A DNA stretch of 64,000 bases from Coniocarpon cinnabarinum (taxonomy: Eukaryota). The stretch spans positions 1 to 64,000 of the forward strand of contig JAVECO010000110.1 in assembly GCA_051942205.1 (NCBI GenBank), in the 5' to 3' direction. A program made the translations under genes and the position numbers. Below, in pieces: positions 12,300 to 23,448 of this stretch (its first letter is position 1; each line of letters begins with the position of its first letter). The notes under the pieces are model-generated. The model saw nothing but the letters and a program-made list of their open reading frames with translations. It ran no database searches and was not told the DNA's origin.

Positions 12300-13304
12300 A
12301 CGCTGCTAAACCAGGGATGCGCTTATTTCCTTAGACACTAGAAGCGTTAAGAACGGAGAGGTATTAAGATTATAAGGATACAACAGTTTAATAGTAGGCT
12401 CTACTCCTATCTTGTCGTAGGCGTTAAGTATAAGGCAAACAGTCTCCTTGTTAAAGGGCAAGACCTCGCCCTAACTTCGTCTATAAGCGGAATCGTAAGT
12501 TAACGAGGCCTCGTTTAACAGGCTGCCGCCAAAGTTGTTATACGATTAGGATGTTTGGGCCTATGTAAAGGCGTACTCGGGGTTTTGTAGAGGCGCTTCG
12601 GACAAAGGATTCGGGTTGGCTGTCATAGCTTTCGATGTTGGATCGGGGGCCACATTATTGATGGACAGCGCTGTTGCTGGATTCTCATGGATTGGGTGTG
12701 CGCTTTCCGCTACATGTAATGATTAGTGTCGCGTCTATTGGATTTTCGTATCGCACGAACTAAGTTTGTGTCTTTCGGCAAGACGTTTAAAAAACCTTAG
12801 ATTGCGCAAACGCTGGTCCTCGGCCACGCCACAAGCTAGTCGTCTCTTTAAATTTCCTAGATTAACAATACGGCCCTTCTTAAGGACAACAGCATATAGA
12901 AGACACTTTCTAGGAGATGCAAGAGCGATAACATCTTAGAGAAATTCCCTGTACAGTTAGTCCTTGTCTATAGGCTTATTTCCTATGAGTAGGCTGACGG
13001 CCTTATTGACTAAGTTGATAGATTTCTGGTCCAAATGTTGTGTTGTTTCGATCTTAAGGGTAACGTCGTGCAGATTACCGAGCGCTTCGTTGATCTTTTC
13101 TCCCTCCTTGACGTGTCTATCGTTCTTTCTGATTATAAGCTCTCTCTTAATATACGCTATCGCGATTTCGTGATGTCTCAATTGACCGTTGCTCTCAGTC
13201 GAGGAGTCCTCTCTAATGTTTGACATCGATTTCTGATGACACTCGAGTTGTTTAATAAGCTCAAAGTTAGGGCGTTTAATATACTGGTTCCCGTAATAGG
13301 ACAT
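12300..13304 (-). pseudogene. RIP-damaged hypothetical gene
   Basis: 115-aa ORF continues in frame past TAA (probably CAA) as LYREFL*DVIALASP...; lower limit approximate. Confidence 0.5.
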
Positions 13305-13630
13305 CGTTGTTTTGAAGCAAGCTTACCGTTGCACACGTTACTTGCACGACCAATATATTAGCTAGGGTTGAACCCTACGTCACATGTCGCGATAGACTCA
13401 AGTTTCAGAGATCTATGAAATTCCTTCGCCATGGCGATTGCGACCGTCCAAGTATCGTAAACCGCGAGGTATTTGCAGAGATAGCTGCGGCGCCCGTTCT
13501 ACGCATCTGAGTCGCTTTGGGAGATGATTCGTCCGGCTATTAAATGAAGTGGTGCCGTGGAGTATCAAGGATGCATTCGCGCGTCTATTCTTCGGATGGG
13601 AGTATATAGTGTTGCTCTGCAGGTACGGAA

Positions 13631-13820
13631 CGCACGTCCCTTTTTCTTGGGTGCGCACGGCCCTTTTTCTTAGATGCGCACGTCCCTTTTTCTTGGAGAC
13701 GCACGTCCTTCCTCTGGGTACGCACGTCGCTTTTTTCTGGATATGCATGTCTCTGTTCTTTGATTACGCACGTCCTTTTTTCTTGGATATGCGCGTCCGC
13801 ACGTCCAATTTTTTTAGGAT
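13631..13820. repeat. Tandem array of about eight 23-bp units, consensus CGCACGTCCCTTTTTCTTGGRTR
   Basis: Units start at 13631, 13654, 13677, 13700 (21 bp), 13721, 13744, 13767 and 13798. Confidence 0.9.
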
Positions 13821-14749
13821 TTGACAAACTGTAGAGGCTCTACACCTTACGCACTCCGCAGCTACGAACGCCATATACAGGGTATCAGCACGCCGGAATG
13901 CTAAATGCTTTGGTTGGTTCTCATCGTGGCACTGCAAGTATGTGTGAGTGAGCTCGGACCACCAACCTGGAGATTTAGCATTCCGCGCTGCAAATGCTCT
14001 GTACTTCGTGCTGCAAGATAAACAGACGGAATACCTGCGCCGCAGTTGCTGATCAGCGATTCACTTTTACCCTTCCTGCAGGTGACATACCGTTGCGATT
14101 GAGCAATCTTCACTATGGAAACTCTACGAGAGCTTGTATTATTCTACGTTTGTGGCCTGCATGTTGTGAGCAAAAATAATCCAAATCATGGACGTGAGAT
14201 GAAGTCAAAGCATTTCCCACAAATTCTCGCGGGCCAATACGATTTTCGCTTCTGCTACATGCTGACAGTTTGTCATAGATGCAAGGACAATGATATGGTG
14301 GCACGAAAAGGTTGTACTTGGACCAAACCAGCCATAGCACTTCACTTGGAAGCCGGCAGCTCCTTCGAGCACGTGCAATTGATTTTAGATGAATGAAGAA
14401 GTCCTTCTTGTACCTAACGAGGATAGTTTTGTGTTTTTTATTAGACACCATAACTTATCTTCTACTGATCCTAAAACGCACAACAGAAGCACCTAATCAT
14501 GCGAGGGCTGCTCTATGTCGGAAATTGTGTAGAGATGTGGCTCAGATCCGGGACTTGATAAATCGCTCAATATCACGCGCTGATAACGAGCGCAGGGTTT
14601 TGTGCTTCTTGAGCTTCCAATTGCGACATGCAGTGTCCCACGGCTTTCTTCTCACTACTGCTATGCTAGTGCGCTGACTCCCCATACATAAGCCATTTAC
14701 TGAGGTCCTCTCGTGATCCTTAGGCGTGAAATTAGTGATCAATCTAAGC

Positions 14750-16333
14750 ATATTAAATAAGGTCAGCGTTACTCAAGTTTGCTCTCTATTATTCCCTCCT
14801 CGCACATCCTTATAAGGCATTCCCTTAGTGCTAAAAATAGAGGGAATTCAGTTAGCATTAAAAAGCGCGAGCTAGCATAACAGGGCTATATGTCATTTTT
14901 TCTTAAAGACGATAGCTCTAAGACTATCCCCGCAGCTTCTACAGAGTCTAGTAAGGGCAACCACTCTTCTCCTACTAATTATTAGTTCTTTGAAGATTAT
15001 GTAGCCCTAGACAATCAAGCATATTCCACGCCTTCTTACAGCTAGTGTCGTTATCCTAAATTATAACAACCTTTTTATAGCTTTAACGCGCTAGCTCGCT
15101 CGCAATAATAAATTATAAGATACTTAAGAGGTTTAAATACTTAGCCTAGAAAAGAATTTCCTGGACTCTAAGTAGGTCTCTAAAGCTATGCCCCAAAGCA
15201 ATCTTACAGTTCTATTTAACTTTAAGAAAGCGCAAGCGGCGTTAAAGATACGCTTAGAACCGTCTAAAGGACATACAATGTTTACAGCCTTTAACACCCG
15301 TTTTTTGCTAGAGAAGAAAAACCACCAAAGTGTTATGCAGCTCAATTACGCTAGGAAGGAAGTTAAGGTATACAAAATATCGTGTCTTAGACTACACAGA
15401 ACCAAGATAATGCAACTTATAGAGCATATGCGAGCTAACGACGCTTCGTTCTATCGAGCCTACACTAAAGTCCGCGGCATAGACTACAAGAATGGTTATG
15501 TTGAATGGGCCAAAGCTTCCTTACAGCTTTCCCGCTCTATACGATTTCTGAGCCCAGAGTGGAAACAATTCTGTGCTTCCAGTGGCATCCCATATCGGAC
15601 AGGCCTCCTGTTCAGTAGCAAACCTGGAACCAGCAAGAGCAGTTTCGCGTATGCTCTAGCAGGTTTATTTAGCCTAAAGCTCTATCTGCTGTCTTTGACT
15701 AACAGGTCACTAACCAACTCAGACTTACTTCGAGTATTCCGCGAGCTGCCTGATCGCGTAATCGTCCTTGTCGAGGATATCGATACGACGGGCCTAGGGC
15801 GTCGATCAGATAGGTTATAAAGCACTTCCGCACGTGAAGGGTATAGTTTGACCTTAGCCAGGCTCTTGAATACGATCAATAGCGTGGCTACATATAATAG
15901 CTAAGTCCTTATATTAACAACCAATTATCTAGAAATGCTAGATAAGGCCCTAGTTCGGCTAGGCCGTATTAATAAACATTTTAAGTTCTCTCTAGCAACA
16001 ACAGCTTAGCTTAAAGACCTTTTCTTATCTATCTACTTGGTTAACGATAAGACGCTTATAGGAGATTGCTTTATCGCTAAGCATATATATTAACCCCTAT
16101 TTAGTGATCTTACTTAACGCAGTCTTGTCTTGAGCATAGATTTAGAAGACTTAAATAGGATAGCCTCTAAATTTGCGAGTAAGGTTCCTAAGGAAGTGTT
16201 TAGTCTAGCTTAGGTGCGGAACTTCCTTACATCTAGAGAATACTGCTTTGACCCTTAAAGAGCCCTTAGAGAAGTAGAGATATAGATTAAGTAGACACAA
16301 CTAGGCTATAAAGCTTAGTCGCAGCTTAAGTGA
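14750..16333 (+). pseudogene. BCS1-like AAA+ ATPase, RIP-damaged
   Basis: GIPYRTGLLFSSKPGTSKSSFAYALAG (degenerate Walker A), IVLVEDID (Walker B), downstream LLNTINSV and TTNYLEMLDKALVRLGRI; in-frame stops. Confidence 0.85.
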
Positions 16334-16774
16334 ACTGGTATAGTAGTCTTCGTAGACTACATACCGCAAGATTTCGTAGGGGTGCGACATGCTTGCAAGT
16401 TTTGCTATATTCATTCGCCCGATCGTTTATGTGCAGATGGATGCAAGTCTTAGATTAGGCAAGGTGTTTAGTGCAAGTCGTCTCCGCTAGTCCGCAGAAT
16501 CTGCCTAACTACAAATGCTGTCGGCAGGATCCTTGTTACGCTAAAATAATGAATAACCTCTACCTTCGGCGCTCCAGCCCGTGTGGTGCTTCAAATAGCG
16601 CCGCAAGGCGTCTCTTTCTGCAGTCTAATTCTCTTCAGCATTACTCCTACGATGGAATTCAGCTGCATTCGTACGCCTGTGGCCTTAATTGCTCCACCTT
16701 AAGGTGAGGGCGTCTGCGAGGCTGCTGAGCTTAACCGTAATTTTATCCGCCCACGAGCGCCGTTTTCTAAACAA

Positions 16775-19211
16775 ATGTTCCTTTTGCTCCACTACTCTCC
16801 GCTTCTGCTACTGGCTACTGTTGTATCCTCATTCATCACCTGGTCCATCTGGTACAATTGGACGAGCCTGACTCGGCAGCGCCGCTGCCACGATCTAGAA
16901 TCGGAGGGTAGCTACACCCGCGCTCAGCGCAGACTATCGCTTTTTCTGGTGCTTACCTTGGCTTTCTCGCTCCTTGCGAGCAACATCAAGGGCTTATCAG
17001 ATACTCCTACGTAGCTCGGTGCTTGGTGGTGCACAAAGGACTATACCGTGAGCTAATGCGGGAAAGCGCGTGTGTCCGTGACTGAAGCAATGACCGTACT
17101 AGGTTTACGCTGCCAGCAACATGTCCATACTGTTAGCTGTTGCGGGCGTATTGTGGGAACTTGGATCCAAGCCTACATTCTTACTCTTCCTAACGTGGTG
17201 GATCGCCGTGGCCGTCATCGAAGCCAGCATTGTCTTAATCGCCATTTTACAGTCAGTCGAACATCATCAGACTCCAAGCTGTCTCTAAGGGCTGCTCCTT
17301 ATTAAGGCGGATGAGTTCTATGCCACGCTTGGGCATATTATTCGCGTGATAATTGTCTTCATCTTAATAGGCATGTTACTCATCAACTACTTTAGATCTA
17401 GAAATACGGAAGTCGTTGTTAAACCAGATTTAGGGGCTATAGATACTGATCCTCGGAATAAGAGCTTATAGGAAAATCTATCAGACTTTGGCACGATCTT
17501 ATCGCGTCTATGGCTAACCAACAACTACAAGGTAAAGCTCGCTTATACATCATCTTTTGCGCTTATATTTATATAGCGTATACTAAACATAGCCATACCT
17601 TACTATTTTGGTTGTCTTACAGCTAGTGTTCTAGAGACCAGTCATCCGTCGACGCACTTCTTTGCTTGGGCCTTCTGCTGGTCCGTATAGGCGGCTGCTA
17701 ATACTATTCAGGCGGCGCTGTGGTCGTTTATTCGTCGGTACCCTACTTCCGAGCTTTCAATCGCGGCCTTTGAGCATATGTTGAATCTAGATATAGAGCA
17801 CTACTAGGCATCAAATATAGGAAAATTGGTAGAGACAATCGATAATACTAGAAGTGTTGCCTATCTTTTAAAAACACTTTTTATCGATGTACTCCCTACA
17901 GTGCTCAATCTTCTGGTTGCTATTGTCTACTCGCAAGTTCGATTTGATGTCTACTATACGCTTGTTATCGCTAATATGAGTTTCTGGTACATATACTTGA
18001 CACTTTGTCTCGACCTATAGTCTTTATCATTCCTATGTAGGTCAAGAAGCTTCCGCCGTAGCTATCAAGCAAAAGTCCACGAAGTATTAGAAGGCTTCCC
18101 TACTGTTAAGTTCTTTAACACAGAGTCAAGGGAATCTCGAAGACATAAGCTCGCTATTAAAGACTCTGATGCGGCCGACGTACAACGTGATAAGGCTTTG
18201 CGCATAGTAAGTGCAGCACAACGCGCTATTCTCGGCGAAGCACGGATCGTTTTGCTGTATATTCTAGCGGGACAAATAAGCCGTGGACAACGACTAGCAG
18301 GCAACCTCAATTTTGCGTCCGCCCTAGTATCTTAGCTGGGACAGCCGTCAAACTTTTTAAGCGGCGGACATAATATTTTGCAATACTCTATTGTCAACAC
18401 AGAGCACCTCTAGCGGCTGTTTAAGAAGACGCCGACTATAATTGACCAGCCTTCCGTACGGTTAATACACTAATATATAGGCGACATCAACTTTAAGAAA
18501 GTCCAATTTTTACATAGCGGCCGATCATTAACCTTACGAGACCTTACCTTTTACTATAAAAGAAAGACATTCACAGCGATTATTAGTGAAACTAGCGGCG
18601 GCAAATCTACTATTATCAACCTCCTATACTGAGTTTATAACCCGTTATATAGGAACATTAAGATAGATAGTGCAGATATGAACCAGCTCTCAATCGACTC
18701 TATTTAGCAGTAAATCAGTATTGTGCCTTAAGACGTTATGCTGTTTAATAAGACTATCATGTATAATATTAAATACGGACGTCTAGAAGCATCTAATAAA
18801 GAAGCGCATGAGGCGTACAGGCAAGCTTCAATCTACAATAAAATCCTCAACTTTGCAGAACAGTACAATACTAAGGTAGGCGCGCGTAGCCTTGCTCTCT
18901 CTATAGGCCAGAAGCAGCGCATTGGAATCGCGCGTGTGCTTCTTATAAAGCCAGCGATCGTTATATTTAACGAAGCCACATCTAATCTTGACCCAATCAT
19001 AGAGCGGAGGATCCAAAAAACACTAAATGCTTGCCTCGCCAGCTAAACGGTACTAGTTATTGCACATCGGCTCTCGACGATTGTAGCTGCTGATCAAATT
19101 CTTGCACTTAAAGACGGGATTATAGTCGAAAGAAGGGCGCACACGGCATTGGTAGAGAGGGGCGGATACTATGCAGCAATGTGGAAGGCGCAAACTAGGG
19201 GCGAGGCGTAG
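16775..19211 (+). pseudogene. HMT1/ABCB6-like half-size heavy-metal tolerance ABC transporter, RIP-damaged
   Basis: Extra N-terminal TM region, ABC TMD (FIDVLPTVLNLLVAIVY), Walker A ETSGGKST, signature LSIGQKQRIGIAR, NEATSNLD (D to N), end [11 protein letters not shown]; several TAG/TAA stops. Confidence 0.85.
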
Positions 19212-19479
19212 CTAGCGCAGCACCATGTCTCGTTGGGTTCAGTATTCAAGAGATCACGTGATACACCACCGGGATACTGACACGTGACATTCACTGACGT
19301 GGCTTTCGATAAATTCGATAGCAGTTTTATAAGATGACGTAGCCTTCATTTCTGGCGTACGCTGCTAGCGATATGATTCGCCCGTGTCTGCCGCTCGGCG
19401 GCCCCGACGAAATTGTTGGGTGAGGGGTAAGGCGCCATAAGAAAAAATCAATGTCACTATGGAGTATGGAAATTCACGA

Positions 19480-19673
19480 ATGCTAAAATCAATTGGGCAC
19501 GTGACGCGCCTACGACGGCCACCTTGGTTGTCTCGCCATCAATGGCACTCAACTCAACTGCTTCCCCTTAACCTAGTTCATGAGATGGACAAGATTGCTC
19601 CAGGATTCGCGGTCGACGCGCAGCAGATACGCATCCTGAAAAGTCCATGCGAGTTCTTTGGCACGTTGCAAAG
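19480..19673 (+). pseudogene. Isolated first exon resembling phosphatidylglycerophosphate synthase (PGS1)
   Basis: EMDKIAPGFAVDAQQIRILKSPCEFFGTLQ resembles the fungal PGS1 N-terminus and is followed by a GTGAGT donor; no further exons found. Confidence 0.65.
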
Positions 19674-19774
19674 GTGAGTTGCTGTCTGCCCGCAGGGTGT
19701 CCGAGCTTGAGAGCGCACACCGCTAGTCATTTTGCACGCGCCCTTGCCTGCTTCTGGCAGTTCACCGAGTCTGG

Positions 19775-19873
19775 GAAAATAGGCGATCCCGTCCGCTCTC
19801 GCGTACTCAAGCAGGTAACCGGGGGACTAGTACTGCGGTCGGTGACGACGCGGGAATACTCCCCTGCGTACGT
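19775..19873 (+). rRNA. 5S rRNA gene, 5'-truncated (about 20 nt missing)
   Basis: GAAAATAGGCGATCCCGTCCGCTCTC...AAGC...ACTAGTACTGCGGTCGGTGACGACGCGGGAAT...GCGTACGT are fungal 5S hallmarks; upstream bases cannot form helix I or II. Confidence 0.9.
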
Positions 19874-19888
19874 TTTTTTGTTTTTTTT
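19873..19888 (+). terminator. RNA polymerase III T-tract terminator
   Basis: T7-G-T8 run immediately after the 5S 3' end. Confidence 0.75.
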
Positions 19889-20604
19889 ACCCTCACCCGA
19901 CAAGCACTTGTGATTTGGCCCCGCACAAGCTTTTGATCGTATACACCGTGTTGTATTAGGCTACTGTACGGAGCATTCATATTGGGCTTTGCTGGAAGCA
20001 GGGCACTACGTCCTGCTATTTGGTCTCTTGTGCGCACATGTGTTCTGAGGCGGCATGCTGTTTTGATGAAGACATAAGCACTGCGAAGTTGGTCAAGGGA
20101 GTAGAGAAGCAGAAGCGACAGGGGCATTGCATCATGGTGTGAAGGTGGGAATAGTGGTTCGTGCGAACACTGTTTTGTCTCTCTTTTCACTTGCTTTTCC
20201 TCCGTCTCACTAACCTAGACGAATTCTATGCAATCATCTAGCGTCTAAAGCAGTCATCGGCTACGGCACCGTATGTGTAGGAGAATGACTACGTGTTCCT
20301 GTCGAGCTGCACGACACACTACGTTGCAGTGCCAGTCTATACAAAACCTGGTCTGCGTAAGACGATGGCTGTCTTCCGTTACAGATTGATCTGACGGCGA
20401 TGGCATGGCACACTAGCTGGTCTACGCACCGCGGTTCTGCAATTTCATTCCGCTGGAAGATAGTACGTTAAGGCCAGGCAGAGTCGACGTCTTGGCAGCA
20501 ATACATATTAATGCCCCAAGTCGGCAAATGATAACATGAGCCGCGCGATGAGCGTCTGTAGCCGTGACAGCTTTCGAGACGGCAAGCATGCGTTTGCCTA
20601 GTGT

Positions 20605-22772
20605 TCATTGTTCATCGAGCGAGCGTGCCGATCCATCATCGGCTTCAGCGCCAAGTGCCTTTGAGATGAGCCGTACTCGATTGGTGATGATTGCGTCGAG
20701 CCCAGCCTTTGCAAGCATCTAGAGTGTCCTTAGCATTTCGTCAAAGCGAGAGGGCCTCTCTGAGTCGCGACTGAGGGAGCTTGATACTTACCTTCACAGT
20801 TTCAGCATCGTCGGTCGCCGTCCCATAGGCCGCCACAGCAAGTCCATGCTGTTTGATGTACTGCACCAGTCCCGGACATAATTGCAATGGCTTGATTATG
20901 GACACGATTCCCGCAAGACCCCAGGCTTTGGCGAAATGGACTGCTTGCTCGAGACTCGAGGTTCGGATGTCTCCAGTAGGCACATTTCCGGCCTTAGTGA
21001 TGAATAAAACTGGATAGTCTTGCTGCTTCATCGCCAACAGTATGCACACTTCAGGACTGAAAGACGAGAAGGTGATGTTACGACTTCCTCCCAGCGCGTA
21101 TACCATTGATAGGATGGTGTCGACAAAGAAATTGACCTCGATCGCCCATGGCTCGGAACCTTGATTCTCAGCTTCCCAAAGCATTGGATATTCTAGTGAC
21201 TGGAATCAGCGACGATCACTGTTAGACTACTTCGCATGGATGCGACTTACTCATCTCCAAATCGAATGCTACATCTTGAGGTAAGTCCTTCAAAAGCTGT
21301 TCAAGCGTGGCCAATGGCTCCTGGATCGCGAAGCCCCTACGATTTCCTTTCACAGCTTTTGTAGGACCGTAATTGGTCTTGCGGAGTCGCTCAACGAGAT
21401 CCTCCATCCTTGCATTATCATACGCGTTCAAGGATCGAGACCGCGGCTTTTGTGCACCGGAGTTCATGTTGTCGCTGCTTTTCTTGAACCGAACTTCAGC
21501 TGCACTGGGCATGTCTCCACGGAAGTCCTGTGCGTGGCCGATGTGCAGGAACTGCCTGTGTATTAGCGAAACCTGGCAAATGAAGGACCGCAAGCTCACC
21601 TGATCTCTGGTCAGTGTGTTGATCGGAGTTTCTGTGCCGGTATCTTTGATGAGAAAGTCATGGTAGATGATCGGTATAGAGTCTTTCGTCAATTGCACAT
21701 CTGAATCGCATTAGAACTTATCGAATGGCTCAAGCAATCAGACAGACCAAACTGTAAAATCGTCAGTGGTATTAACACACAAGCAACTCAGGGAGGCGAA
21801 CCTTACCTCAACGCATGATGCACCAAGCGAAGCAGCTGATCGGAAACCCTGGAATGTGTTAGGAGTTTAAGAGTGCGTGAGGCTATGGAGACTGACTTGT
21901 AAAGTGTTCTCGCCAATCTGCAGGTACTTTTGTTTTGCTTTGTTCGCACCACAGCCTTGTTGAGCCGTTAGCAACTTGTTTCGCAATCCGCGTCTATGCA
22001 AATCACCTCTATGCCCAACTACTGTTGTACCACCTGCGGTCTTCCAAAATCCCGCAGAGCTGGTTGATCGCGCTTCTTGGCCCTTGAAAGGCTTGATGAC
22101 GAGGACATTGAATGTGACACTTCCTCGAAACTCCCCTGTTTCTTTGTCGACAACAGCGATGGTATGGTCGCGTGAGAGGCTCTCGTGCCGGTCCGTTACG
22201 GACCCTCTCAGCTCTCCCAACATCGCTACACCGGTCGCTACGATATCGATACTTGGATGTGCCCTGCTCACCTGAAACACAAGTTTTGCGTCTTCTGCAT
22301 CTTCACACTCAAAAATCATAGCTGGATTAGGACCATGATCATGCGGTGGCAAGTCCACTGACTTTTTTTGCCCTGCATGATCAGGGATGAGGCGAACTGT
22401 GATCTGAGACGATACAGAGCTTTCAGGGACATTTTTCAGCTCTAAAGGAGCCCGTGGCTGCCTAGTATTGCATGAACCCAGTCTCAGAAAGATGACACTT
22501 CGCTGCCCCCGACGCTTGGCACCCTGATATTCTGAAGGTGTCTCTGCATCTGGCACGAGGCTAGACGTAGAAGGTCGAAGATCTTGCTGTGTGTTGTGCA
22601 GATACTCTGCGATCCGTAAGTGACCCTTGTAAGCTGCGTGATCAATTGGTCGCCAGCCCAGAGAGTCGACTGCGTCCGCCCGAGCGCCTAGTCCGACCAG
22701 TTCCTCGACAGCTGGACGATCGCCTCTTGCGCAAGCGGCAAGCAATGCATCCTGGCCATGTGTCGATTTCAT
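20605..22772 (-). CDS. GDE1-like glycerophosphodiester phosphodiesterase (2 ankyrin repeats, middle domain, GDPD domain; no SPX domain), multi-exon
   Basis: VVGHRG, LQIGENTLQ, DVQLTKDSIPIIYHDF, FSSFSPEVCILLAMKQ, GLDAIITNRV; start could be slightly upstream (GTG at 22862). Confidence 0.88.
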
Positions 22773-23448
22773 ATCTGCTTCGTCTTGCTGCAGAGATCTT
22801 AGAAGTTTGAGGGCTGAGGTAGAGGTACGAATGGTTCTCTTCGAATATGAGGGTGGGTCCACATGCGATTACTGAGGATGTCAGGGTCACGCACATGCGG
22901 TGACTTTCTCTGTGGCCTGTTTGAGTGAACGTGTTATATTGGTCCTCCTCTCCTTTGGCATATCAGGGTCAAGGCGTTAGGCGGACCTTGTGCCGGAGGA
23001 TAGAAAGTTCTTTTCGGTATCAGAGCAGACCGGACCAGCAGACTATTGCACACAGTCAAAGCGTTGCAATGCGAAGCATCCTCACATGGCGTCCCAGCAG
23101 CTCGGCTGACGGCCACGTGATGCAAGAAGCCATTGGCTGGGCTCGCGCGCGCAACGCGACACTGAGCCTCTAAGGGCTTAGTCCACGAGTCTTGATCGAA
23201 CATGGCGGCGGCTACATCACACCAGGGCAGCGGATACGAAATTGTAGGCAAACATGCGATAGAAAGGGGCCATCTACTTTATAGTCAGCCGAACCCGCTT
23301 GATATGAAGAAGCTTCAAACTTTAATCGCGTCCCAAGATCTTCTCAAACTCTATCAAAGTTGCGAACGAGGCTCGATCAGAGCCGCGTGCCGCTTACATC
23401 CTAGCTTCCGAGCCGAACCCTGGTTACGTTCGAACCTTGTTTCTGCTC

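Noticed and set aside
13631..13820. CRISPR array or coding repeats (ORFs 13413-13827)
   Set aside because: Eukaryotic context, no unique spacers, and the 23-bp period is not codon-phased.
14113..14751. Minus-strand ORF fragments as a further cargo gene
   Set aside because: Could not be joined into a convincing reading frame.
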